Position numbers and translations under genes: made by a program. From Malacoraja senta (taxonomy: Eukaryota), in contig JAXLNO010000108.1 of the NCBI GenBank assembly GCA_038087875.1, positions 62,001-105,779 of the forward strand: DNA of 43,779 bases, in the 5' to 3' direction. Positions 25,019 through 38,100 of this stretch are shown here, piece by piece. Every line of letters starts with the position of its first letter. Within the stretch, counting starts at the first letter, position 1. Below the pieces are notes generated by a model. It was not told the DNA's origin. It did no database searches and saw only the letters and a list, made by a program, of their open reading frames with translations.

Positions 25019-26574
25019 CTGCGTTACGGGAAGAAACAAAAATCGACAAAGTGCATTAGCAGTGTAGGGTACAGGGTGCCCCACGTAACACACGATTTCA
25101 CATGAAGATTAGAGTTGAGCATAGACATTCATGACAGGGCGAGCGGACCACCGCACAACGTTGTTAAAGGTTGGGCAACGAGAAAGAAACGCATTTCCAC
25201 TGTTAGGACTATCGCCAGTGTTGACGGGCGAATGGAATCGCAATAGATGCGTGAATGAAAATAATGGTGATTTTACAATAAATTTACAGTATTTTATCAG
25301 GTCGGATAAATATGGTGTATGCGGCAGGTGCAGATCTGTGATCTGTAAATGAAACGCGACGCCACGGCATTTCCTGGTAGTCGATAGTGAAATCAAGTGC
25401 CATCTGATAAGATGTAATGATGACTGAAAATGTTGCCGTGAATTTGTACGTCTTTAAATCATTTACGTTTCCTTTTATTAACACGAAATGTGCATTTCTA
25501 ACAGTAACAAATGCAGTTAATGCAACGAACTGCATCGGTGCAGTTAACTGCAGTTATTTTCATCATTTTCTGTTTGACTGGAACGTCCCGCAGTAAATCA
25601 ATAAAATCAATTATTTTCACTTTTTCATTTCAATTCATCAGTCATTCACCGCTCTTGTCCTATGAATCTCGGTAACATCTCGCCAGTTGTAAATTGTATA
25701 AATGTCTAATTTTCGCTATTGCTGTTCACAGACATTTTGTGTACCTTCGATTTTCCAGCATCTGCAGTTCCTTCTTAAACACATTGTGAGGATATCGGAA
25801 CCGCCACACACGCACCTGAGTTTCTGACCAGTGTCACGCAGAGACGGGGCCTTCCTTCAGCTGTTTACTCGGTGCAATGGACTCCCTGCGGCAGCGATCC
25901 TGCTACTGTCACAGATGCCACAGAAGGCAACAGCTTCTCACGCGCATGGACAGACCCATGCGTTGAAAATGAAACAGTGAGCGCCCCCTTGAGTAGACTA
26001 TGTTTGGTCCTGCAAAGAGTGGATATCCATCAATGACAGGCATTGCAATATTGATGAATAATATCCTTCACCTGGGTGTAAAGCAGTGGAGACATTCTGG
26101 CCAACGGCACCGCAGCCGGTGTCATGTTTCCTCTGAAACCAGAGTATTTGTTGAAACCGAACGGCTCTCGATATATGTATGCGAAGAGGCGAATAGGAAG
26201 CGACGTCTATTACAACTTTAAATGATGACAAGTTACCTGGTGTCACCGGATAGGAGGGGTGTCCAGCTGATGAATTGAACCAATGAAGTAAATACAAAAT
26301 ATTTTATTGACTGCATTATTTCATTAATGTTTTCAAACAAAACATTAATGAAAGACATTAAATAATTTCAACCAACTGCAGCATTTGCTGTTGAAAATGT
26401 ACATTTCATCTGACCGAAACGAGGTATGACTGAGTTCAGGCCGTCAGAAACACGGCTATAGTCGTCTTTCAATGGATTGGAGGACAGGGGAATCTAAACG
26501 TCACATATCTGCTAAGGTTGGGGTATAAAAACAAGCTTATCTGGACGATTCATAACATAGATCCAATTACTTAC

Positions 26575-26674
26575 CAAGAATTCCAAGCACTGCTACAATC
26601 GGGTAATAAATCATTTCTGCCTGAACCAGGGAAGGCAGCAGAAAAAAGAGATAATCGGTGAATATAACTTTCAT
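26575..26674 (-). CDS. Class A orphan GPCR, exon 1 (N-terminus and first half of TM1)
   Basis: Manual translation gives MKVIFTDYLFFLLPSLVQAEMIYYPIVAVLGIL plus G, followed by a GTAAGT donor. Phase 1 matches exon 2 (G|CT AAT = A-N), giving a 340-aa protein. Confidence 0.88.
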
Positions 26675-26874
26675 CCTGGGGAGCAGCGAGAGAGGAGCTC
26701 AATGTTCGATGCTGGAAAGCAACTGACAGCGCGTTCTAGAGAAAGGCTGGATATCTCTTAGAGATAGTCTTCCCATGGGATCAGGAAGACGAAAACAAGA
26801 ACATTAACATTACTTCATGGTATTTGAACATCGCATTAGCAATACTTACAATTATGATTTCACCACACGATATT

Positions 26875-28900
26875 TAACCACTAAATAAGGGGGGGTGGCG
26901 GGTGTCAAATGGGATAGTCAAGGACGGATTTAGAGGGAAAGAGAGTAAAGGGATAGTTAATGACCACAGAATTAACGGGAAATAAAGCTCAAAAAGGGAT
27001 AGGAGAGTATGGCCAAGTGTAATAGGGATCGATGTGAAAGGTGAGATGCGTAAGGAATTCAAAGTATTGCATATGAATGCGCGAAGTATAAGAAGTAAAG
27101 TAGATGAGTTTGAGGCTCAGATACAGGTTGGTAGATATGACATTGTGGGGATTACTGGGACGTGGCTGCAGGAGGATCTGGCCTGGGAACTTAATATTCA
27201 GGGTTATACATCCTATATGAAGGATAGGCAGGTGGGCAGAGGAGGGGGTAGCTCTGCTGGTGAGGGTGGTATTCAGTCCCTTGCGAAGGAAGACATAGGG
27301 ACTGATGAGGTAGAGTCACTGTGGTTTCAGTTGAGGAATTGTAAAGGCAAGAAGACACTAATTGGTGTTATCTACAGACCCCCGCACAATTAAAGCATGG
27401 AATAATCTCCACCCTACTTTAGTTACCCAACCAGATGCAACTAAATTTAAGGTAGCTCTTTCTTCCCAAAAACCTTTTCTGGCTTAAGTCCTCCCTCCAC
27501 CACCTTCAGTTTAAATTGCATTTGGAATATTTTGGAGGACCAAGAAACCAGGAACCAAGAACCCCAAATAGTTGCCCGAATGTAGGGTGTCATTTGCAGC
27601 AAGAGTTAAAACTGGCAATTAACAAAGGTAATGCAACTGTGGTGATGGGGGATTTCAATATGCAGGTAGACTTGGAACATCTGGTTGGTTCAGGACACCA
27701 AGATAGAGAGTTTGTAGAGTGCCTCCGAGATGGATTCTTAGAGCAGTTTGTAATGAAGCCGACCAGAGAAAAGGCAATTCTGGATTTAGTTTTGTCTAAT
27801 AAACCAGATTTGATAAGAGAACTCGAGGTAAAGGAACCTCTTGGAGGCAGTGATCTTAATATAATTAGTTTTAATCTGCAATTTGAGAAAGAGAAGGTTA
27901 AATCGGAAGTGTCGGTGATGCAGTTGAACAAAGGGGGCTATGAAGGTATGAGTGGGGAGCTGGCCAAGGTAGACTGGAAAGGGATGCTAGCAGGAATGAC
28001 GGTGGAACAGCAATCGCAGGAATTTCTGGGCATAATTCGGAAGACGCAGGATCATTTCATTCCACGAAGGAAGAAAGGTTCTAAGAGGAGTAGGAGACAA
28101 CTGTGGCTGACAAGAGAAGGTAGGGATAGAATAAAACTAAAAGAAAAGGTCTATAACATAGCAAAGAGTAGGCGGAAGCCAGAGGATTGGGAAACTTTCA
28201 TAGGACAACAGAAGAAACAAAACGGGCAATACGGGCTGAAAAGATGAAGAACGAGGGGTGCTGGCCAGGAATATAAGGAAGGACAGTAAAAGCTTCCTTA
28301 GATATGTTAAGGGAAAAAGAGTAGCAAAGTCAAATGAAGGCAGACACGGGTGAAATTATGATGGGGAACAAGGAAATGACAGAAGAGTTGAACATGTACT
28401 TCGGATCTGTCTTCACTGAGGAAGACACAACCAATCTCCAAGATGTACTGGAGGACAGAGGATCTAAGGGTTAGAGGAACTGAAGGAAATTTTCATTAGG
28501 CGAGAAATAGTATTGGGTAGGCTAATGGGACTGAAGGATGATAAATCCCCTGGGCCTGATGGTCTGCATCCCAGGATCCTCATGAAGGTGGCTCTGGAAA
28601 TAGTGGGCGCATTGGTGATCATTTTCCAATGTTCAATAGATTCTGGATCAGTTCTTGTTGATTGGAGGATAGCTAATGTTTTCCCACAGAGGGCAGTGGA
28701 GGCCAAATCACTGGATCGATTTAAGAGAGAGTTACATAGAGCTCTAGGGGCTAGTGGAGTGAAGGGATATGGGGAGAAGGCAGGCACGGGTTATTGATAG
28801 GGGACGATCAGCTATGATCACAATGAATGGCGGTGCTGGCTCGAAGGGCAGAATGGCCTCCTCCTGCACATATTTTCCATGTTTCTATGTTTCTATGTTT
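26875..28900 (+). mobile_element. Decayed CR1-clade LINE (EN and linker, RT largely deleted, 3' end retained)
   Basis: EN motifs MNARS, YRPP and MGDFN, then DKSPGPDGLHPR..WRIANV. At about 28680 it jumps directly to PQRAVEA and the 3' UTR, ending in a (TTTCTATG)n tail. Confidence 0.9.
27383..27560 (+). mobile_element. Short 3' end of a different LINE nested in the CR1 endonuclease
   Basis: Reads IKAWNNLHPTLVTQPDATKFK and ends in a (CCAAGAA)n-like tail. It interrupts the host YRPP|NS motif. Confidence 0.65.
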
Positions 28901-28974
28901 CAAAGCTTGGCCCATTTGCCAGCTTTTGAACTACATCTGTCCCAACAAATTTCGCCATTTACCTTTCGGAATTA

Positions 28975-29530
28975 GTATGTTTTCGGAGTTGCTGCGGTAG
29001 CAGATGCATTAGCCTCTGACGATGAGTCGTGTCTGCTTGGTGGGGCTGCGCTGTCTAGTGGAGTGGCACGTGTGTGTGGCGGAGAACCAGACGGTATCTG
29101 TGCAGAGGAGCAGGCGTGTCTGGCTTGAGAGGCATATGTATATGGAAGAGAGCCAGCCGTGTCTGGCAGAGGGAACGCCGTGTCTGACGGAGCGACAGCC
29201 GTGTCTGGCCGAAGGCCAGGGGTGTGTGGAGGAGAGGCCGACGTGTCTGGCTGAAGGGCAGACACATGTGTAGGAGTGGCTGACGTGTCTGGCGGAGAGT
29301 CGGACGTGACTGCTAGGGATCATTATTTGGCGGGGGGGAGACGAGTTTGTCGGAGTGTAAGGTGTCTAGCGGAGGGACATACGTGTCTGGAGGAGGGGGA
29401 TACATGTCTGGCTGGATGACAGGCGTGTATCGTTGAGGCGAGGACATGTCTGCCGGAGGGAGCATGTGCCATGCGGAGGGGTCCTGTCTGGCGGGTGGGT
29501 ATTGGGGAAAAAAACTTCTACGGCATATAC
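28975..29530. repeat. CGTGTCTGGC minisatellite (about 20 bp period)
   Basis: Repeated (C/A)GTGTCTGGCGGAG core. It produces low-complexity PDT-repeat ORFs. Confidence 0.85.
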
Positions 29531-30536
29531 AGCGTTGCTCCTGCACCCTCACAATATCCCAGCCTGAAGGTTCCCCAGCGATCCGCCAATTCCTTGATGG
29601 ACACCACTCGCTCCCCCCCCCCCACTCCATCGCTCCGTGACTGAAGCGGCAGTGTGTCCAACGCGACGGGGCTTCCCCACCTCGGGACGGGACGGTGCTA
29701 CAGTATTTTCCAAGCAGGTGCTCGATTGAGGATGGGTTCACTGTCCCGATGGGAGCTGCTCTGGGACTGGCGATTGGCTACTGCTGAGTCCTGCAGTGTA
29801 TCGGACTGGGATTGGTGTGCACAGGGTTCCGGGTCCGAGGGTTTGAAATACCGTGGCTTGGTTTGGATTACACCGGTCCCCGAGTGCTGGAAAGGGAGTG
29901 TGGATTACACATGGTCCAGGACCTGCGCGGCAGGTTACACAAATAATCAGGTCCCGAGACGGAATGTCGATTACACAGGGTCACGGGTGCAGGAAAGGTG
30001 GTGTGGATTACCTCTGGTCCAGGCCCTGGGATGCTGATTAAACAAGGAGCCGGATCCAGGGACGGGATTGTGGATTACACATGGTCCCGGGTGCTGGGGC
30101 GGGTGTGTGTATTACACAGGGTCCAGGGTGCTTGAATGGTGGTGTGAATTACACATGGTCCAGGACCTGGGGTGTAAATTTCACACCTAACCATGACCAG
30201 AGACGGGAGTGTGGATTACAAAGGTCCCGGGTACTAGAACGGGGTGTGGATTACACATGGTCCTCGATCTGGGATGCTGATTACGCAAGGACCCGATTAA
30301 ACAGTGTCCTGGATCCCGGGACGGTGATTTGGAAAACACGTATATCCAGGCAGTCTGTGATGTTTTCACCGTATCCAAGGACGAGGTTTGTTCAGTACCC
30401 ATGTCCCTGCACTGCCCAACGTCCTGGAAACTGGGGTGGGATCATAAAGGGTTCTGGGACGGAGGTTTGGGATCAAAAATCAGCGCCCAGCTCGGTGGCG
30501 GGGATTCACTACGTCCTCGGACAAATTATATTGATT

Positions 30537-30571
<35 letters not shown>

Positions 30572-30955
30572 TTATTGGCCAAGTATTCACATACAAGGAA
30601 TTTGCCTTGGTGCTCCGCCCACAAGTAACAATATGACATACAGTGACAGTTACGAATGACTCAGAAAACACTAAACATTAATAATAATAAAACATTACTG
30701 ATAAAACACCATTGATCAAGCATGTGAACCAAAAAAATACCAGATCAAAGGGAGGCTACAGATTTTTGGCTGTTGAGTAGAGCAACTACTCGTGGATAAA
30801 AACAGTTTTTATGTCTGGCTGTGGCAGCTTTGACAATCCGGAGTTGCCTTCCAGAGGGAAGTGATTGAAAGAGTTTGTGGCCAGGGTGAGAGGGGCCAGC
30901 TCGCTTCCTGGCCCTTGCAGTGTACAGTTCATCAATGGAGGGAAGGTTACAAATG
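30537..30955 (-). mobile_element. Rex1/Babar-like LINE 3' end with (CTTA)n tail
   Basis: Reads PSHPGHKLFQSLPSGRQLR..RHKNCFYPRVVALLN, then AATAAA at 30571-30576 and a (TAAG)n tract at 30537-30570. Confidence 0.8.
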
Positions 30956-30999
30956 GTTATGGAGCACACAGTGTTCTGGGTCATGGGATGGGGTCGTAG

Positions 31000-31640
31000 A
31001 TTACACAGATTTATGTGGCGACGTGTGTGGATTGAAAGAAAACATCCTGAACTAAATAGTGTCCGCGTCCTGGCACAGGAGTGTGGATTACACTGGGTCC
31101 AAGCCGTAGAGTGGCAGTGTATATTACACCGGGTCAGGGTTCTGTATTCTGGGATTACAGATGGTGTCACTGATTGCACATGATTCTCAATCGCGGGACG
31201 GGTTTTTAGGCTACACGTGGCCCTGGGCTCTGGTGTGTCAATGAAAGTTTCAGGATCCAGGGATGTCGATAAAACAGAGCCTTGGGACGACGAGGTACGG
31301 ACCAGAATGAGACCCGGGCCGAAGATTGGTGGATTACAGAGGGTTTGTGTCGCGGGTCGGCGGATGTCGATCACACAGGATCCCTAGACGCGGATAGGTG
31401 TGGATAACACGGTATCCTGGGCGGTGGATGTGAATTACACAGTGTCGCGGGCGGGGGATGTTGATTACACAGTGTCGTGGGCGGGCGGGGGATGTGGATT
31501 ACACAGTGTCGTGGGCGGTCGAGGGATGTGGATTACACAGTGTCGTGGGCGGGCGGCGGATGTGGATTACACAATTTCCTGGGCGGGCGGAAGATGTGGA
31601 TTACATAGTGTCCTGGGCGGGCGGAGGATGTGGAATACAC
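31000..31640. repeat. GTGGATTACAC minisatellite, copy 2 (also 29860-30300)
   Basis: Same unit as 3300-4620, with one more unit in the regular part. Confidence 0.9.
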
Positions 31641-32640
31641 CACCCCCCCCTTCCCAGGATCTAAAGAAGAGGGTCTAAACGAAGCCGGAAGTAGCGCCTC
31701 AAACGCCCCTGCGAGATTCTTCCGCCGAAGCACTGGTACATTTGGTTCACTCCTGCCCCGTGAAGCCGAGATGCCTTGCCCCAAGCTCCCTTATAAGAAT
31801 GCATCCTATTGTTCACTGCCTGCTCTAATATCAATGTAAAGTCAGATGTCCGTCCAAACACTTTTAACACTCGTTTCACACTTTAATCTTTATTGTTAAA
31901 CAACACCTTCGATTTCCGTGACTGGGAAGCGATGCGAGTGAAGGGAAAATACAAGATTGGAGGTAAATAGGAACTGCTCCATCCTGCCCGCCTGTCGACA
32001 CGGTCTTTGTCGTTCTGTGCAGTTATCAGCTATTCTTCTTGACAGTTCCCCTTGGCTATCATCTGTCGAATATTCCAAAATTTCCACCCCTCAATATATC
32101 AAATGCTATGGCCTCCCCCATGCATAGTGATATCTCAAACTAAAATTACCTCCGGATCGAATTCATCTCCATCTGTGCTGTCTCGGGTAAGCAGCCACCA
32201 GAATAAAGGTCTATTTTCATTTCACCAGTTCTCAAGTTCATAAGTTATAGGAGTAGAATTAGGCCATTCGGCCTCACGTGTCTATTCCGCCATTCATGCT
32301 TTATCCATCTGAAAACTGTTGCAACCATTTTAACAGCCAACACAAACAAATTTGAAAACTCTTTACAACTAAAACATTTCCTGTAAATATTTTACATTTT
32401 ATTTTAAACTTAAACATAAACATTTACATTAACATTTACATTTGACAAATACTTTACAAGCAAAACATTTCCTGTAAAAAAATGTTTTAACAGCCAACAG
32501 AAACACATTTGCAAACTCTTTACAACCAACACATTTCCTATAAACATTTTTTTTAACAGCCAGCCAACAGAAATAAATTTGCAAACTATTTACAACCAAA
32601 AAGTTTCCAGTAAACATTTTTTTTAAACAGCCAACAGAAA

Positions 32641-33080
32641 TGTTAGAAATATTTCCCCCAACAAACGACAGCCACAGCAATTAGGATGCAACTGAATGTT
32701 TTATTGAGAGAAAGGTCTCACAGAATACAGAGGTCTGCGGGCGTTTCTCTGCGCAAGCAATTCCCCAAGCCTTCCTTTATACAGTGGAGTAAACAAGGAG
32801 GTCTTGACTACAATCCTATCTTATCACGAGGTCAAGCAAAGTAAAATCCACAGTCAGCATATAATATCGGACAAGGTCGTACAAAGTGCAAACCACAATC
32901 AACACGTAATATCGGACTTCTGAAATTTGAGGAAAAGCAGTAAGCTCTGTCTAACTAAATAGCTATTTTTCGCAAGACCCGGGGTCTGCGGTTAATAGCG
33001 ATGACCAATGTCTACAAGTAAGCATTCTGCTTGCCTAAGCATTTTCTTAAGGTTACAGTCCCTGATAGCTAGAGGAAACA
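32641..33080 (-). repeat. 3' LTR of ERV copy 2 (440 bp)
   Basis: Has the same 12-bp U3 deletion as copy 1. PPT AGGAGGGAAA at 33081-33090 on the minus strand. Confidence 0.95.
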
Positions 33081-33224
33081 TTTCCCTCCTGTTTATACAA
33101 TTTTCCAACAATTTATTTAAAATGTTCCAAAAATTCCCCCATCCCGAACGCCTCCCCGGTTCCCTCACAACATTGCACTTCTTTCTCTTGACTTTATGCA
33201 ATCTGTTCATCCGCGGGGCTTCGT

Positions 33225-35118
33225 TCAGGCCATGAAGGTATTCATTAAGTCAATGTCCGCTTCTTCTTCCTCAATTCCCTTCTGAGGAATCAATTCGTAT
33301 ACCATCTGCATTTTCTTTGTCAGGGCCGTTTCTATTCGTTTTTGAGCTGACCCTCGAATACAGGGAATTATACAGCATCCCAATCCGGCCAATACTCCTG
33401 TAATCACTATGAAGGATGTTGGTGCAGAAATGACAATATTTTTCCATTTCCCGAACCAGCTTTCAAGGAACCCTGCCCATGAAGTATCAACGCGGAATTT
33501 TCGGCCAGCTCCTCCGCCAGTGATGTTATCCCAGCCAAGGCCCTGGAGACTGAGTCGTCCGGGGCAGTGTTATTTGGAATAAAGGTGCAGCATGATGGGT
33601 CAAACATGACACACACGCCTCCCTTATTTGCTAATAACATGTCTAAGGCCATCCGATTTTGCCAGGCCATTAAGCTAGTTCGATCCAATTGTTTTATGGC
33701 ATCTCTTGTATAAATAATGAACTGCTGCTGATTGTAGTACAGATAGTTGATCCAGTCTACATTCTTATTAGTGGTTGACCAGCAATAAAAGACTGACTCG
33801 AATCCGGCGGCTATCTGATTCCGAGCCTTGAACTCATCTGGGACCCCCCTAGGGACCCCGATCTCGTCAATGTAGATGTGTGCATCGAATGATCCTTTAA
33901 TTAATTCCCGCATTATTCTGTTCCCTGATCCAATCTCTCCCGGGTTCTCTATTCCTTCGCCCCTCCTTAGGATCACTAGGGTGAAGGGCATTTGCCAGCT
34001 GGGTCATTGCACACGTCCCCTTCCAGTTCTGTGGTAGCTTTGTCCTTAATATTCCAGCTCCACAGTACCACCATACATCGGTCCTCCCAACTTTCTGTTG
34101 TGTCAGAAGGTTGACGTCTAACCCCAGCAGGGTCTGGGAACCGTAGCTGGTTTGGCTCCGGAAATTTTTACTGCAGCTGCACAGTTCCGCAAGTGGCCCA
34201 AGAACTTCCCTTCCTCACTCCACCTGCAGAAGCAATTAAATTCTCCCCCCGTTGGGATGGTGAATGGTGGTGGGACCTTGTCTTTCACTACTGCCGGGAA
34301 CAGATAATGTAGTTCTGAGCAGCTTTTATTCTTTGGTGCTTCCTTCCCCGTGAACAGGGATAGCATGCATGTGACCCCTTCTGGCGACTTACTGAAATTC
34401 AGGGGAAATGAGGAGGAGATAAGTTGTGGCTTGGCTGAAGCACAGGCGTAACAATCTGTTCGCCCCAAAGTCTTAGCCGTATATCGCATCCACTCCAGCC
34501 AAGAATTCTCATCTTCATACCCAGTCTCTATTTCCAGGGATTTTTTCAGGTCTTTTACTGGAATTATTTTGATCGCCTGCTCTTCTGATTTTACTATCGC
34601 CGAAGCAGGGTCCGGCTCTAGGGTGGCTTTAGGTTCGATCCGATCTTCCACCTCTATTCTGAACTGACAACACGTATCTTGGGCCAGCGCCATATCAACG
34701 CATAGGTAATAACTCCCCCGATCGTGTTTACTTATTTGTTTCATTGTTATGAATGTTTGCCACCCTAGAGCCGGACCCTGCTTCGGCGATAGTAAAATCA
34801 GAAGAGCAGGTGGTGTGGGGAAGGGGTTTTGATCAGGGACCACCTTTTCCCTTGTTCTGCATTCCTATGCTTATAACCACCGTATTCTGAGTTTTGGAAC
34901 ACATAGGCCCATCCTGTGCAGGTGGTTCGGCAAACGTATGTCCCATTTGTGGCTGCTCCCCGGTCTGCACACTTTCTCCCACAGTCTTGACAAGGGTCAA
35001 CTCGCAATGTGCTGGTCTCCCTCTCCTTCAGCCAGATGACATATTCCCCTAGACCTCCGTATATCAGGCAGTTGACTATCAGTAATGACACAATTATAGC
35101 TGCCATTCGTGGGTGCAT
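33225..35118 (-). pseudogene. env: env, copy 2, frameshifted
   Basis: Same motifs as copy 1 (QNRMALDMLLANKGGVC..CC), plus a net +38-nt inverted insertion near 34766-34808. Confidence 0.93.
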
Positions 35119-35189
35119 GCTGGACGGAAGATTTCCCTGGGATCAATCGTTACTGGGCCTATTACAAGCCGTCAGCCGTCGATGAGTCC

Positions 35190-38100
35190 CTACTCCTCCT
35201 CCCCTTTTTCCAATATGGCTTTTGCCCTTTTACAGTGCATGACATGTACCCACGTTGGTCTTTCGGCAATCCTCACTGCAGTGGGAGTGGCGAGTAACAC
35301 TTGGTATGGCCTGTTCCACCGAGGGCTCGACCACTTTTTTCTCTTGATGATCTTGACGAATGCCCAGTCTCATGGTTACAACTTTTTCAAGAGGTCCGCC
35401 TCAGTTGGTTCAGTGCTTGTTATTCCCTTTAACATACGAGATTTGGTTATTAACATACTTGTCATGTAACTCGCCAACGTCTCGTCTTCGGCTACAGTTT
35501 CTGAGAACCTCTGTAGGATGGGAAACTGAAAGGGTTTTCCATACCGTATTTCATATGGGGATATTCCCCTTACGCTTGGCAACATTCTCGTATTTAGCAT
35601 TACCAGTGGAAGGCAATCTATCCATGTGAATCCTGTCTCAGCGATTGTCTTCCTTAATTTGCTCTATATAGTCCCATTGGTCCTTTCCACCAGCTCTGCT
35701 GATTGGGGATGGTAGGAACAATGGTGTTTTATTTTTATGTTTAGGATTTTTGTTAAGTTTTTTTATTATTTCATTCACGAAAAGGCTACCATTATCACTA
35801 TAGATCCTTTCTGGGATCCCAGACCTTGTTATGATGTTCCGAAGGAGAGCCTTTGCCACTGTCACCGCGTCCGCATTGGCAGAGGGAAAAACTTCAACCC
35901 ATCGGGAAAATACATCAATAAACACTTTAAAGTATTTCTTTCCTTGCAAGGGGCTCAATTCAATAAAGTCCATATTTAAAAATTGAAATGGGTATTTTGG
36001 TTGTGGACCTTTTCCTGTTTTTTGTTTTACTCCCCCCTGTGGATTGTACGTGGCACATATCTCACACGTCTCACAATATCTTTTGGCCTAACTGTTGAAT
36101 CCATATGTCTTGAATACTTTCTCGATTATCTGTATCATTCCTCCTGTTGAGACATGGGTTACCCCATGACTCATTATACACGCATACCGAAATAGAGATT
36201 TTGGGAGTATTAGGCGACCGTCTTTGTCCCTCCACATTCCGTGTCCAGTTTTCCACGTTCTGTTTTCCACTTATGCTTTTCTGTTGGTGTCGCCGCATTT
36301 TGCATGCTTGAAAGGACTTCATGGTCCACCTGTATCTCTAGTCCTATCACCTCTTCCTCTCTCACTCCTACTTGGGCTGCTTCCTTCGCCGCTGTGTCTG
36401 CTCTGCGGTTTCCATTACTAATTGGGTCTTTTCCTTTCGTCTGGGCCGCACACTTGCAGATGGCTATGGCTTTTGGTAGCAGGACTGCATCCAGCAGGTC
36501 AAGAATGAGGTCTTTATGCAGGATCGGTTTACCCGTGGAGGTGACCATCCCTCCATTTCTCCATTGAGCGTCGAAAATGTGTATTGTCGAGAAGGCGTAT
36601 GCACTGTCGGTATAGATATTTATTCTTTTTCCTATCCCCATTTTGCACGCTTCAATGAGGGCCACTAATTCGGCGGCCTGAGCCGAGTCGTGGGCTGGTA
36701 ACGGTTGTGCCTTCAATGTCTTGGTGTCGGTGACTACTGCTTAACCGGTCTGGTTAATTCCCGTCTCATTCTTCTTGCAGGATCCATCAACATACAGTGT
36801 TAAGTCCGGGTTCCCCAGTGCCGTGTCCTTCAGATTTGGTCTTGGCATCACTAATTTATCCGTCTCCTCCAGGCAGTTACGTGGTTCCCCGTCTTCCTCA
36901 GTTGGCATCAGCGTGGCTGGATTCAGAGTCGTACATCGCTCGATCGTCAGGTTAGGTTGTGACAGCAGATGGCCATGCAGGACAGATGCCGTGCTGGCGA
37001 CAAGTATGATATCTTTTGTTGTAACAATAGAATCGACACAGCGTGTGGTACTCTTAACACCATTGGTCGATTCAAAACGATTGTGGCAGAGGCTTGTACC
37101 GCCAGCGCTGCTGCTATTACTGCTTGGAGGCACGTTGGTAGAGCCCGAGCAACTTGGTCCAGTTTGGTCGAGTAATATGCTATTGGTCTCAGCTTTCCTC
37201 CATGCTCATGCAGGAGGACGGATGTCATGTATCCATTTTTACTGTCCACAGTTTGGATGAACGTTTTCTCAGAGTTTGGCAGGGCTAGTACTGTGGATGA
37301 TACTAGTGCTCTCTTTACTAGTTCAAAAGCTTGCTCCCCTTCCCTTGTCCATGTTATCCTTTCCCTCGCCGCCATAGGTTGGTGCTAGATAGGTTCTAGC
37401 AGTGGTCCAGTCATTTTATCATAACTCGCGATCCACTGCCGACAATAGTTAGCCATACCAAGGAACTGCATCATTTCCTTCTTGGTATTAGGTTTTGGGG
37501 CGGCGAGCATTCCCAACTTACGGTTTTCATCCAGTTCCCGTCCTTCCTGGGATATGTCATGTCCCAGGTACTTCACCTTTTCCTTACACAGTTGCAACTT
37601 TCCTTTGCTTACTTTATGACCTTGTTCTGACAGGAACTCTAATAGACGTACGGTATCTTCCTTACAGTCTTCTAGGGTTGTAGAACAAACTAGGATGTCG
37701 TCCACGTATAGTAGGATTGTACTTTCTCGAGGGGGTGTGAATCTTTCCAGATTCCAACCCATGGCCATAGAAAAAATGGTTGAACTCTCGGTATACCCCT
37801 GTGGCAATCTGGTATATGTCCATCTCTTCCCCTCAAACGTGAAGGCGAGCCAGAACTGGCACTCGGGATGTACTGGAATGGAGAAGAAATCGTTTGCCAA
37901 GTCAATAACGGTGAAGTACTTATGAGTGGGGTGGATGTCACTTAAAAGGGGCGCTGGGGTCTGGGACTCATGGAGCCCTGGGAATAACTGCGCGATTTAC
38001 CGCCTGCAGGTCCTGGACCAGCCTCCATCCGTTGGAGGGTGCCGCTTTTCTTACTGGAAACATTGGCGTGTTGCACGGGGAATCTTCACAAGGAATTATA

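Noticed and set aside
25019..25049. ORF-track start of the GPCR (MSIFVSSRNA)
   Set aside because: It is a non-ATG start lying within the intron's polypyrimidine tract.
25730..25785. Possible SINE 3' end (CCAGCATCTGCAGTTCC)
   Set aside because: Too short to assign to a family without a database search.
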